64,000 nucleotides of DNA, taken from NCBI RefSeq assembly GCF_036588685.1, contig NC_086381.1, positions 62,744,001 to 62,808,000 on the forward strand, read 5' to 3'. The position numbers were made by a program, and so were the translations under genes. This document shows, piece after piece, positions 24,976 through 37,943 of this stretch. The first letter of the stretch is position 1. Every line of letters starts with the position of its first letter. Under the pieces are notes generated by a model, which made no database searches, was not told where the DNA came from, and was given only the letters and a program-made list of their open reading frames with translations. The DNA comes from Mytilus trossulus (taxonomy: Eukaryota).

Positions 24976-26609
24976 TTAAAAATATAAATTAGTAATAATT
25001 TCATATTGATCACCAATATACGTATTAATAGATTAATTTATAAAAAAAACAAGAAACGAGAAACAATGTTTTGTTAAATAAACGCAGGATTTGTTATTAA
25101 CCTTTCTATGTTTTTTTTGTACTTATGCAATTATATATAAGAAAGGAAATGTGGGGTGATTCACAGTAAGAAAACTATTCTCAAGAGACCAAATGATGTA
25201 ACCAGCATGTATTTTTTTTTTAAATTCCGTGTCTGTGTATGCTGGTGATTTTTCTGTCGCCGTTCAGTGTTTCTGTTATTCGGTTGCAGTCCTCTTATAG
25301 TTGTTGTGTTTCAAACGATTATAGTCTGTGACCAGGATTTGTTTTCACCTTGTCGATTAATGACTATTGAAAAGCGGTATACTACTGTTGTCTTTATTTA
25401 TTTACAATATCAGGGGAACACATGATTGCAATGCACGATATTATAGTAATACACCAAGACGTAACGTAATCGTGTGTTTTTGGCGCTTTGGATAAAAAAA
25501 AACTCCAGTTTGGTTATGTATAAAACGTTACCAGTATTTATATCTCTATATTTCTATCTACAAATGATATGTGCAATTAATGTTTCAATTTAAACTATTT
25601 TATGTATGCTTGAAAGAGGTGTGCAAGATACAAGAGCGACATTCGAACTCATATATCTAAGATATTGTCGTCACTACTTGATTTTCATGAAAACATGGAG
25701 TCATTGTAGTGTTAATGGTAACTGATATAATTGTTTAAAATGTCAAAGGATTTGTTTTAAAAAAAATCAAAATTTATCCTTTCTAAAATTTTCCTATAAA
25801 CAATTTATTTTTTCTAATCATGTCATTTTAAGTAAAATCGTTAATTTCTTAATGTTCTTATGACATAAATTTTACTGAATTAATGTCTGTCAATGTGACA
25901 ACCGATCAATCCAATTAACATTCCAGACTGTAGTATAATCCCGTTTATTAAGAGTTTTTACCAAATACAAAATAGACCAAGACCAAAATCGATATTAGAT
26001 ATAGATTTCTATCTATTGGTCTCAAAATTTAAACGAAAATTTCAAAATAATCAAAATATATCTATTCAATTTAAGCTATACATATTGGAAATCCTGGAAA
26101 CCTTTAGACCATTTAATCATTGGTATTTTGCCCAAATAAAAAAAATATTTTACACAGAGATAATAAAAATACTCGACTTTTTTCTAAATTTTATGTTCAA
26201 TTATTGCCCATTTATCGCCAAGTCTACTGCAGTATTATTTGTAACGACCATTTTTAATTGAATAATTCAATCAATTGTCTAAAATTGTGCAAAAAAAAGC
26301 GTATTAATAGTCTAGTAACTGCAAAAAATAAATCATCAAAACATATCATACCTCCCCTAGTTCTGGGAAAATATCCAAGAAGTCTTATTGTATAAATTAA
26401 ATCGTTAAACTGCCCAAACAATGTCATTATAAATAATTTCTTTCAATACAGGTGCAGATAGACAAAGAAATTCAAAGACAATTCCGTTCTCTCGAACTTT
26501 ACATCTCTTGCTTATAAATTTCGCCATAACATAACATCATATTAATGTTTACTTTTCTATTTAACTCAAAAAGTATCAATTCGTTTTTTTTAAATCAACA
26601 ATCCAGATT

Positions 26610-26883
26610 TGAGATGAATAATTGTCATAACACAATCACCTGCTTTTTCTTTTTAAATAAAAACAATTATTGTAAATTTTTTATTGTTCATTACTAGAAA
26701 TAGAAGGTTTGTAGAACTTCCTCATTCTTATCTTGATACGTGTGCTAGTTTTTAAAATCAATGAAACAGATGGTTGGTAAAAAACATATTTTTGTACTTC
26801 ACGAAGTAAAGACATTTTGATTGATACAATATACATTAAAGAGTTTTTCATTCATGACGATCGTTTGGATTAGCGTTTTCGTC
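26610..26883 (+). pseudogene. Truncated duplicate of gene C upstream region and exon 1
   Basis: Collinear with 27659-27943; ATG at 26854 gives MTIVWISVFV, then homology ends with no donor site. Confidence 0.7.
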
Positions 26884-27910
26884 AAACACCCGAAGCGAAA
26901 TTATACAACAAGACTCCAAGACAAGAGAGGGTCAAAAGACATAAAAATCATAGTTCGATAATAAACTGACAACGCTATGGATAAAATTGAAATAGACAAA
27001 CAGACAAATGATAGTACACATGACACAACATAGAAAATTGAAGACTAAGCAACGCGAAGACCACCAAAAACTGGGGGTGATTTCAGGTGCTCCTGAAGGG
27101 TAAGCAGAACCTGCCACATAGGTGGCACCTGTTGTGTTGCTCATATTAAAAAATTAAAAATAATCTCGGCGGTCGAAGCTTATAAGACAAAATGAGGTCA
27201 AATTTTTAAATACATTTTCTGATCATCTAAAATAGACTTTCATCGCACCGCCAACGACCTCTATCGTATAATGAATTATTTTCATAAGTAACAAAACAGT
27301 TGCAAACGGTATAACAAGAACTAATAACTCGTCTAAAGCACACGTTAAGCAATGCTAACAAGATAATGATAAAGCATAGTCATTAGATAATATGAACACA
27401 TTGTCTTTGTGCATCATTTTAACATCTTGGTGTTATCTTAGATCTCTGCAAATGGTAGAACAAGAGTTGCGTTGTCTCTGCCAAATTGCGTTTGCATTTT
27501 TCTCACTCAAGAAGAGTAAAATTCTCTGTCAAATCTGAACTGAAAGCCTATCAATAGAGAATGCATTTATATCTCCGTCTACTCAATAAATAAAGTCTTT
27601 TAAATGTATCGTAAAAAAAATAATATAAATCTGTTTTCAAAGTGGAAAATTCACATTCAATGAATATTTGTCAAACACAACCATCTTTTTATTTTTTTCT
27701 ATTTTAAGAAACAATCATTTTAATATTCAATTAAAACACAGAAGGTTCGTTGAACTTCCGCCTTCTTCCTTCTTGACACGTGCGTTGATTTGTAATACAA
27801 TGAAACAGATGGTAGCATGTCACTTGAAAAAAATATGTATATATGTACTTAATGAACAAACCTTTCGATATTTTTTCCTGAAACAACCTACATCAAAAAT
27901 TTATTTCAAC

Positions 27911-27959
27911 ATGACTATTGTTTGGATAAGCGTGTTCCTCGTTTTGCTTTTTCGAAACG
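27911..27959 (+). CDS. Gene C (secreted Cys-rich protein, 198 aa) exon 1, signal peptide
   Basis: MTIVWISVFLVLLFRN plus phase-1 GTAAGT; joins to VFG-LCSQPC. Confidence 0.75.
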
Positions 27960-28558
27960 GTAAGTAATCTGTATCACCCTTCGTTTTTTTTTATTCTGAG
28001 AATTATTAAATAGTGCAATCATGATTTTGTTAGCTATGTATCATTTAGGACAACAGATAATCTTAAACTTATTTATTTTCACGACTTTCGTTGATTGAAA
28101 ATAACGCAAACATAAATCTTCGCTAATATGCTTATATATATTATGATTTTCCATAGAGACAGGGACCAATAAACGGCCCTTTAAAGGTTTTCTTTTGTAA
28201 AATTATTTTCTATTTTCTAATATCAAAATATATAAACATTTTACAATTAAATAGCATAATTGAAAAAATTATAAGTTAAATCATCAGGATTCTATCAAAT
28301 TGCGGCTTGTGTTTGTTTCACTTCCAGAAACACAATAATCGTTCTTTGAATTTTGTTCACCATGAATATAATCCCTACTATGGGAAGTGTGTTACTTGTC
28401 AATTGTTTGCTTACCTTCAAAATTTATTTCTTCATGTTTTATGCCTCTAATAGCAAGTAGGGGATGAAATTACACTGTGGCTAATGAATTTGAAAGTAGA
28501 GTAGTGATTTGTTTTGCTGAAAAAGGTAACAAATCAGCATTTCGGAAGCTGTCCCATA

Positions 28559-28720
28559 GTACTGGGGATTCGTTTGTTTCTTGGGTACCATTTTTTTGGT
28601 GGATTAAGGAAAATTTGCATCTTCGGAGATATTTAAATTCTTGCTATTGCCAAAAACTTTGAACACGATTATATAAAATATTTAATATCGTGGTTAACGA
28701 AAAATAACAAATTTACAGTG
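28559..28720. mobile_element. Degenerate TACTG...ACAGT MITE (family of 46725-46936)
   Basis: Similar termini and internal TTTT(C/G)GTGGATT motif. Confidence 0.4.
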
Positions 28721-31389
28721 GTATGTTACATACACGTTTATTGAAGTAAAGATTAATTAAACCCGTTTCGTTGCTTTTTTTTTTTTTTTTTTTTTTAAAT
28801 ATATCAAATTTAAGCAAACATGTTTAAAAGCAACAGAATTTTCAAAGTATAAGTAGAAAGGAAAATAAAATTCGTTTAAAATGAAAACCGCAAACATAGT
28901 ACTAGTGTGTCACATGTGTGAATGAGATATGAATTTGAAAAATACATTCTCTAATGTTGTGCGCTTTTTATTATTTCCATCTTGTTCAAGTGTGAGAGTA
29001 TATATATATGTTTCGTATCGTACTAAAGAGTTATAAGTTATACGCGAATAACATTAGGTTGTGTAACCTATCCATAAATATTGAAAGTAATTCTGGTATG
29101 TTTTCTCATGTCAATAATTAATTTCATATGTCACAACGGTCTGAGAATAAGAGGAGCGCAAACCCTACTCTTTTTTATGCGGGGATGGCTGTTGTACCCC
29201 TATTTTGACAATTTTACCTTTTCTTATTTGTTCACGCATAGTTGTAAATATAATGGAATTTGATGCGACTGTCATACGAGTGAGAGGTTTAGCGCTATAT
29301 AACCAGGTTCAACCAACCATTTTCTACAAATAAAAACGCCTGCATGTACCAAGTCAGTAATATGACAGTTGTTGTCTTTTCGTTTGATGTGTTTTATCAT
29401 TTAATTTTGCCGTTTTGAATTTCCTCGGAGTTCAGTATTTTTGTGATTTTTCTTTTTATCCTACATTTCTTTACAATAAGCTCGTTATTTCTGAACTCTT
29501 GAGATTTGTTTATCGTTGGATTTTAACCACTTTGTTGTTTAATTTGATAAATTATAATTCTGTTTTTAACAAATTTAAATAACCAAAGTTAATATCCAGC
29601 GATAGTCATGTCTTACTAGTTCTGAAACTATCAAGTTCCAACAGATGTATAACAAAAAGAGCAAATAACCCAAAGAAAAGATGAATATAAAAATAAAGAA
29701 TACAGAAAAATTTTCCACTTCGTTTCGATTATGATATTGACTAATAATAGAAAAAAAGTATTTGTGAACTGCCTTTTTTTAACGCTTGTTCTGTTTTAGT
29801 TAATCTATGAAACAGCTGGTTATGTTATGTTTTATTGTTTTACGTTTTTTAATTATATTCATTGATATATTAAATATGCTGACAAGCATTCCTTATTTTT
29901 GTACATGACTTTTTTTGCACTATTTATTTTTATTTTAAAGAGTAAAAATATTTAAAAAAAAACATAGTTTGTTAATGTTTGACACGGGAAGCTGACTTTT
30001 GACGTCAAACCGTTAAGATACAATATCAATGTTTTGTTTACTCTATTTTTGAAAGAAAATAATGTTTACACAAGCAACAAATTGATTAAGCACTTTAAAG
30101 TTTTAGCGCGTGGAAAACGCTTTGATTTATTTACCATCACAAGTATGCTTAAACGTTGAAATTTTGATAGCCATAGATTCGTAAATAGGATGAAACATCA
30201 CCATGCTTATGACATGAACATACATAAAGAGAATAGAAAAATGCATATAAGGTCAACTCAGGGAATTGGAACATTTCATGCTAAACTTTTTCATTGTTTC
30301 TTCACATGAAATCATGAGAAATGTATATTGCTCAAGACAAATTCTTTTTAATTTAATTTTAACACTAACGATGAACTCGCCCTAGAATCGATTTTAATTA
30401 CATTGGATTGAAATATATTAATTTGATTTATAAAAGTACCTTATCATTATTTATGCTATAGTACATGTAGTAGACGAATATAAAAATATCAATGAAAAAT
30501 GTAAATAAAACATATATTTCTTATTAATAGATTAATACCAACACAGAAGGTTTATTTTTCTACATATTTTATATAGACAAATCTGCTGGTATGTAGAAAT
30601 GAGCGAATAAATACAGCCAGATGATGAAATGCTCCTTGCATTTAGATAATGTTCATCACTTGACATGCCTTCATATGTCATTAGCGAAATTTAAAAAAAC
30701 AAAAATGAACCAAGGCCTGCATTGTTTTACCAAAGTTAAAATAAGACTTTGAAAATGCTAAAATGATCAATAAACAGTAATAAACTGTTCCATACGTTAC
30801 TACAGTTGTAGTACTTTAGTTCTTACACACTGTTATTTACTTATTGCATTATCAGTTTACCACTTGTCGTTCATCGTTCCAAATTATTGCGATGTTTTTA
30901 TTATTACGGGGTAGTAATCGCAATAGTTTAAACTCGTATTTTGAATTTCTTTTAATAATTATAACGATTATATAGAACTTGTTTCACCATCGCAAAAAAA
31001 AGAAACATCGCATTTTAGTCAAAAATGACATTATCACAATAACAAATGTACGTAATAATTTCTGAATTTACAGTACTGTATGCCATCCAATCTGGAGCCT
31101 TTGAGATTAACTCCAGTCTTTGGTAGGGTGAGAACATTATACTGTGGATTCATCATTTATCGTTGGATACACAAATTTACTGTATGATAAAATGCAGACT
31201 TTTGTGAAACCACGATATCAAATATCGCACGAAAATGCAAGTATTCTACATTGCACGAAACTTGGTAACCACGAAGGTAAAAACGAATCCCCTGAATTCA
31301 AACTCAGAGTCAAAATCAAACTACAAATGTCATAGCAAAACAACAAGCAATCAATATTAAGACAAAATTTAAGACTGAGCAACACCAAG

Positions 31390-33727
31390 CACAAGTCTAA
31401 AAGTCTGAAAAGACCAGTTTTAGTCTTAATTTGCATGAAATTTTACTCGACATTCTCCAAAAGTATGACTTGTGTCTAAATTTTTTTTGACAAATTATAA
31501 TTTATATTAAATTTGTATTAAATTTACTCGACATATTTTTGACATTCTGAATATGGTCTTAAAATTTCTTAACAAGTTCTTGACATTTGAATACTGTCTT
31601 GAAATTTCTTGACATATTCTCAACATTCTTTTTTTTTCTCAGTATGGCTTGACATGTTCTGAACATTTTGAATTGTGTCTTAAATTAACTTGACAGTTCT
31701 GAGCTCTACAAATCATGACCAATATTCGTGATATAACTTTAATCTTTATTTCTCTTTTTATGATAAACGCATGTTTTAAGTTACACTTCTTACGCCAAAA
31801 AAAAAATGAAAGTTGAGCATGTAAAATAATTGAAAATTTGGCTATGAAATCTAAAGCATAAAATAAATTAAATGTGTTTTTTTTAATAATTACACATTTT
31901 GTTTCTAAAATTTATTAATTAAATGATTACAACTAGTCATACTGTAGACATATTTCATTCAACATTCATAATATTCAATGTTAATACGGTAAATAATTGT
32001 TGTATACAAATGTGGTTTAAATACTAGTAAATAGCTAACCTTCATTCATTTAACAGAAGAAAAAATGTGTTATGTCATCTGTTGGAATACACATAGACAG
32101 GATGTTCCCTATAAAATTAAGATATTCCACACCCCAGAGTACACGAAACTGTCAAATAGAAATTACTGCAATCAGCAATACAACGTATCAGTTGACTGAC
32201 CATGCCACTACAATTTAAAAAGTTTGTGGAGAGATGAAAATGAAATTCATCATTTTGATAAAAAAAAAAGAAAAGAATTAAAATGGAGTTTCTTCATTAA
32301 AATTATGAAGTTAATTATTTTAACATAAAAGCAAATTGAATACTTTCCAAAGAATAAAAGAAAACTATTATCTACTCCACACAAACACAAAAGATGAATT
32401 ATGGGGTCCAAAGGAGACATATGGTCGCATTTTAAAACTGCCTACAAGACACATTTCAAATTTGACCTGCAGTTTTGTGAATGGCAAAAATCAAAAAGCT
32501 GGTTTCAGTAACTTCGACTTAGATTCCAAGTGAAAATAATTAATTAAATGTTTAATGAAAATAAATCAAAAGTAAACGTCATGAGGGATTATTCAGGGTA
32601 TTCTAACTCAAAAGGATATCTTACTATACAAAATTAATCCTTGATTCTTCAAAGTTTAGTTTACCAATAATAACAAGGAGTATATAATAGCAATAGAATG
32701 TCATAAACAGTGCAGAATAAGTCTGTTCACATTCACAGGGGAAATTTATTCTGTTGAGATAGTGTAGAAACATATTTAAGACTGTCAAGAGTATGTCGAG
32801 AAAAATTCTAACATTATTTAAAATATCAAGAATATGTCAAGACAGGTCGAGACAAATTTAAGACAGTCAATAATTGGTCGAGACTAATCTAGACTCTTAT
32901 CAAGAATGTGTCGAGACATATTCAAACATTATTTAGAATGTCAAGAATCTGTCAAGACATATTCAGACATTATTTAGAATGTCAAGAATCTGTCAAGACA
33001 TATTCAGACATTATTAAGAATGTCAAGAATATGTGAAAACAGATCAAGACAAATCTAAGACAGTCATGAATTGGTCGAGACTAATCCAGACTCTTATCAG
33101 AAATTTTAAGACAATGTTCATACTGTCAAGGCACTTGTCGAGAAAAGCCAAGAACCTTATTGGACAAATTCATATTATGTCAAGAAGTCATAAACAGTGC
33201 AGAATAAGTCTGTTCACATTCACAGGGGAAATTTATTCTGTTGAGATAGTGTAAAGGCATATTTAAGACTGTCAAGAGTATGTCGAGACAAATTCTAACA
33301 TTATTTAAAATATCAAGAATATGTCAAGACAGGTCGAGACAAATTTAAGACAGTCAATAATTGGTCGAGACTAATCTAGACTCTTATCAAGAATGTGTCG
33401 AGACATATTCAAACATTATTTAGAATGTCAAGAATCTGTCAAGACATATTCAGACATTATTAAGAATGTCAAGAATATGTGAAAACAGATCAAGACAAAT
33501 TTAAGACAGTCAAGAATTGGTCGAGACTAATCCAGACTCTTATCAGAAATTTTAAGACAATGTTCATACTGTCAAGGCACTTGTCGAGAAAAGCCAAGAA
33601 CCTTATTGGACAAATTCATATTATGTCAAGAATTTTTTTTTAATTATTCAGACAAATTAAGAATGTCGAGTAAAAATTCATGCAAATTCAGACAAAAAAT
33701 GGTCTTTTCAGACTTTTTGACTTTTGT
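31390..33727. mobile_element. Foldback-like non-autonomous DNA element with long TIRs and internal tandem arrays (gene C intron 1)
   Basis: About 65-bp imperfect TIRs (AAGTCTAAAAGTCTGAAAAGACC...TTTTACTCGACATTCT and its reverse complement at 33660-33723). Inward-facing TCTYGACA / TGTCRAGA subrepeats. TSD not resolved. Confidence 0.7.
32701..33633 (+). repeat. Near-identical tandem duplication (487 + ~446 bp) with 41-bp subunits
   Basis: TCATAAACAGTGCAGAATAAGTCTG begins at 32701 and at 33188; the first copy has one extra 41-bp unit. Confidence 0.9.
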
Positions 33728-34402
33728 ATTGTTATGAACTGTGCGTTAATTCTGCTTCACATTTGGCACGGGTTGCATTGATGAAGAAAGTACAATTTGG
33801 CGATAGCTCTCAATCGCGGATGTGACATGTTAGGAAAAGAGAAGGTAAAAGTGGTTAAATAATCGGACACATTGGTAGTTATCTATGAAATAAGGATTTC
33901 TCACCTTTCAACAAACTCATTTTTTCTTATCTTAGATTTGAACAATAACATTTGGCGATAGGTCATCATTTGAGATATTCGAGGCTTAAATTACATAAAT
34001 CTATTAACTTTTCAAACTAGGTTAAAAAAAGTATGTGGGTTATTCTGTCAAAAACATAAATAGGACTTAATGTTTTATCAACGTATTTAAATCAAGCTGC
34101 CATGTCAGTTTGTAAACTTTTCATTTCATTACGAAATCAGCCAATCAAATGTTCAATATATTATAAAAAATCCAACACTAATGATTGCATCTACCCAACC
34201 CTCCCCTACTTCTGGTTCTATAGCATACATTCCCCCCAAAACATGCATTACCATAACACAACCATAACATTTATTGAGGATTTTTTTAGCAAGCTTTACA
34301 TGCAAATCACGCATAATCAAATTAGTTTTTAAATGATTTAAATATATCATATTTATTTAATATCACATATATTCATATTGGATTCTTTTTCATTTTTATC
34401 AG

Positions 34403-34592
34403 TATTTGGATTGTGTTCGCAACCATGTTACAGACAAAAAACTATTTATGGAAGACTAGGAGATGATGGAAGTCCAGTAGTTCCAGGTCTCGTAAGAGAA
34501 AATAATCGAACCACTAGTGTTTTTACATTGCATGGAAGACTTCTCTTTTACCAGGAATGTTATGCAAGATCTGGACTTTTCACAGTTATAAA
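34403..34592 (+). CDS. Gene C exon 2
   Basis: Acceptor ttttatcAG; VFGLCSQPCYRQKTIYGRLGDDGSPVVPG...FYQECYARSGLFTVIK; phase 1 to 2; donor GTAAAC. Confidence 0.8.
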
Positions 34593-35342
34593 GTAAACAT
34601 ACCCTTCTCATTTCTCTAAAATGTAATACACAAATTATTTGAATTAGTCGTTGGGCAGGAAATGCCTACCCACAATATCACATAAATTCAACAGAGGTGA
34701 TAACCCTGTTGAATTTTGTTTCCATTTTATAACGAATCACTTTTTAACTGCTATTGTACATTATACAGCTTAATGATACTAGTAATTGAATATATGAATA
34801 AAACGTTGCTGTTGCATAATGAACAACGAATATGTTGTTATGCAAGAAGAATGAATTTCAGTTTTTGTCAACATAAGATTATAACTGAAAATATTTGAAT
34901 TGAACGTGATTTGAATTAAATCAGACAATGACAACTAATAGAATATATATTTGGTGACAAACAATGCTGTTATTTTTTTTATATTACAATTACATTGCAT
35001 CGGATGGACATATGAAAGTTAATGCCTCCACAACAATGCTCACGATAGCAAATTTGAAAGTCTAAATCTAGTGCAAGTATTGAACATTTAACTTACCAGG
35101 AAAGACGACGTGTATACCCCAACCCTGATTGTCAATCTTCTTTTTGAAAAGGTCACTTAATCAAAATTGTCCCATTTGTCTATTTTGACATTTGAATTCA
35201 TGACCCAAAAAACTTAGATAACACAACATATTTCAGAAGACATTTAAGTACATAAAACTACAAAGTTGAAATACGTAAAGAATTTTATATACTTTGACTT
35301 TTCTACATGCTATACACTGATTAAATTTGTTTTTATTTAAAG

Positions 35343-35437
35343 ACGGAATAATGGTACACACGATACATACTCATGCGGTAAAACTGTTGTCACAAATGGA
35401 TTTCCAGACGTCATAGCGTCATTTGTCACAGATTTAA
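35343..35437 (+). CDS. Gene C exon 3
   Basis: RNNGTHDTYSCGKTVVTNGFPDVIASFVTDL; phase 2 to 1; donor GTAAGA. Confidence 0.75.
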
Positions 35438-35943
35438 GTAAGATTTTTTTTTCGTTTTCTGAAAAGGTCAATAAGATACAATTGGTAAATTTAAAACTCA
35501 ACATAATGGATACAAATGACGTAATTTCTTCAAACAGCGTTTCAATGTTGAATTGAACCTTAAATCAAACCTGAAAGGGATTTTACTAGACATGTCATAT
35601 GTCCTGTTCCGTGAGTATGAACACGATTATGTTGGTATGTATAGTCATTTAAAATACCAATCTGGATTTAATACGAGCCCCAAACTATGAGGTGTGCTTG
35701 TTATTCGTGTACAATGGTGTAGTCTAGTCTTCATATTATGTGTGTTGTTGGATGTATTTTCCTCGACTTTTGAATTTCGTCATTGGGATATCAAAATTCT
35801 CTCAATTCATGAGTTTTTAATGTCCTGTTTGTATTTTCTTACCCCTTTTTTCTGTTTAAAACAAGCAATTTAATGTATTTGATCCTAAGTTAGGTTTGGT
35901 CATTGAATATAAAGGATATTATTCAGATTTCTGATAATTTCAG

Positions 35944-36018
35944 AGACCTTTGAGAAACCTCCTACGATATGTGATGTATGTGATGGTAATTTCATACCGA
36001 CTATGATTCTTCGAAAAG
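35944..36018 (+). CDS. Gene C exon 4
   Basis: KTFEKPPTICDVCDGNFIPTMILRK; phase 1-1; donor GTAAGC. Confidence 0.8.
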
Positions 36019-36330
36019 GTAAGCAACTCGTTTGAATATGAACTTTTACTTCCATGACACGCTATTATTTGTCTTATACATACTATTAGTCTCACTATAC
36101 ATAATTACATTTGCAAAAAAAAAACAACGTTTCATGTAATGCCATGTTTTGAAAACGTTAGCACCTCTTAATTGGTTTACTATCCAATCTTATACAAAGC
36201 AAACACCTTTTGTGACAAAAGAAGTCGCGTACAGTACGAATAACGTACAGTCAGCATTATATATAACCTATATTTGTCATTTGTCTGCAAATAAATTCAT
36301 CACAGATACAAGGATTAATATTTTATATTT

Positions 36331-36374
36331 ACGTCAGACGCGCGTTTTGTCTACAAAGGACTCATCAGTGACGC
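36331..36374 (-). ncRNA. Type I minimal hammerhead ribozyme (retrozyme family A), G12A variant
   Basis: Minus strand: GCGTCA-CTGATGA-GTCC tttgt AGAC-AAAA-C GCGC G-TC-TGACGT, within repeat ~36295-36440. Confidence 0.75.
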
Positions 36375-36532
36375 TCGAATAAAAAAATGTATAAAAGGAC
36401 AAATAGGATACGAAGTTATAGAGCATTGAGTACCAAGTTTCTGTTTAGAGAGAAGAACAGTTATTGATGATTGACAACAAATAATACAATTTACCATTAC
36501 AAACTATTTATATCAATTCACATTACTTTCAG

Positions 36533-36544
36533 ATGTCCAAGTCG
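36533..36544 (+). CDS. Gene C microexon (12 nt, DVQV)
   Basis: actttcAG|ATGTCCAAGTCG|GTAAGT, phase 1-1. Confidence 0.7.
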
Positions 36545-36821
36545 GTAAGTGTCTTTGTATATTTGATTTTATTTATAAAAAATTAGACACAGAACAGTCA
36601 CATAGCATTTCTGTGTAATAGTTTAAATATGTGAACTATATGATGTTGTTTTACAAATTGAAGGCATCAAACACCTTGTGTAAACATAGTTTTGAGTTAC
36701 TTAATAATAAGTTGACTTTTTAGACTGTGAACCTTTACTTTATAGAGTTTTACCATTTCATTACACTACTTTGTTCTTTATATTTTTGACGTACTTATAT
36801 TTTTAACATTATTTTTTTCAG

Positions 36822-36833
36822 GATGCAAGATTG
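36822..36833 (+). CDS. Gene C microexon (12 nt, GCKI)
   Basis: tttttttcAG|GATGCAAGATTG|GTAAGC, phase 1-1. Confidence 0.7.
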
Positions 36834-37484
36834 GTAAGCATTTAGTTTATTCATATGAACAAAATACGATTTACAATTTATTGTATCTTCATTGCAGCAT
36901 AAATTGACGGCTTTCACATTGAAAAATAGACCAGAACGTGCATCAATAACAACGGCACGCCTGAACATCGTAAAAGGAACGAAAATTATCTTTATATAAC
37001 TCGTAGTTTCATGATTCCGGCATAGAGTATAAAATGTATAAGTATTGTATGGTGTTGTGAAAGTGTTGATCATTTGCACAATACTGGAGGCTTCATACAA
37101 AACGTGCAAAACCAAAAATTAGAGAAGCATTTATTTGTTGTATAACAATTATCAATTAAAAAGTTTAGACTTCTCTACTTAAGGTTTAATCAGATTTTGC
37201 ATCCTGTTAGGCCAATATTCTTACTATTTGTTAAATTTATGTCTGTTATAAATCAAATGAAATAATAGAATGAATTTGGGTTTCCTTTTTAAATGGTTTT
37301 ACACTAGTAATTTTAGGGCCTTTTATATCTTTCTGTTTGGTGTGAGGCACGGCTCTATGATCAAGACCTTACTTTGGCCTACAATAGTTCACCTTTACAA
37401 ATTTGACTTGAATTGGTAGTTTTATCATTGGTAATGATACCAAATCTTCTAATATTTAATTGATGCCCGTATTTTTTGTTTCAG

Positions 37485-37499
37485 TTGAAATTCCTCAGG
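37485..37499 (+). CDS. Gene C microexon (15 nt, VEIPQ)
   Basis: ttgtttcAG|TTGAAATTCCTCAGG|GTAAGT, phase 1-1. Confidence 0.7.
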
Positions 37500-37794
37500 G
37501 TAAGTTTGTTATATTTGTACTTTCTTATATGAATAGTAGTGAACGAACAATTATTATGTGAATGAACGACATACTTTTTTTATAAAAAGCTCGTTATTTT
37601 GAAACAGAGTATCAGACATCTTGAGTAAATGATCAACTACGTTTTTAGGCTTATCAAATAGTTCGTTCGTTGACCTGGTTAATATTCCTCTATGTATACA
37701 TCGCTTAATAAAAACCTTTGCATGAATAGTCGTCAAAAGTAAGGCTTCATGCAATAGATAATAAATAATCAACCATTGTAATATTATTTTTTAG

Positions 37795-37943
37795 ATCCAG
37801 GATGCAATATTCCAGCTGTTTGTCCTGTACAGAAAGCACATCAAGTTCAATGCTCTAGGTGCCTTAAAATTCCAAAAGAAGTTTTGGATGAAGGTCTTTG
37901 CTGTGATTCAAAAACTAAACGCATCTATCGAACGAAAGAATAA
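37795..37943 (+). CDS. Gene C last exon, Cys-rich
   Basis: DPGCNIPAVCPVQKAHQVQCSRCLKIPKEVLDEGLCCDSKTKRIYRTKE*; total CDS 597 nt in frame. Confidence 0.8.

Noticed and set aside
32701-33660. CRISPR-like appearance of the repeat array
   Set aside because: There are no unique spacers and no cas genes, and the context is eukaryotic; it is a tandem array inside a TIR element.
33936-33961. Candidate gene C exon after cttatcttAG
   Set aside because: A phase-1 join reaches TAG after seven codons, and there is no good donor.
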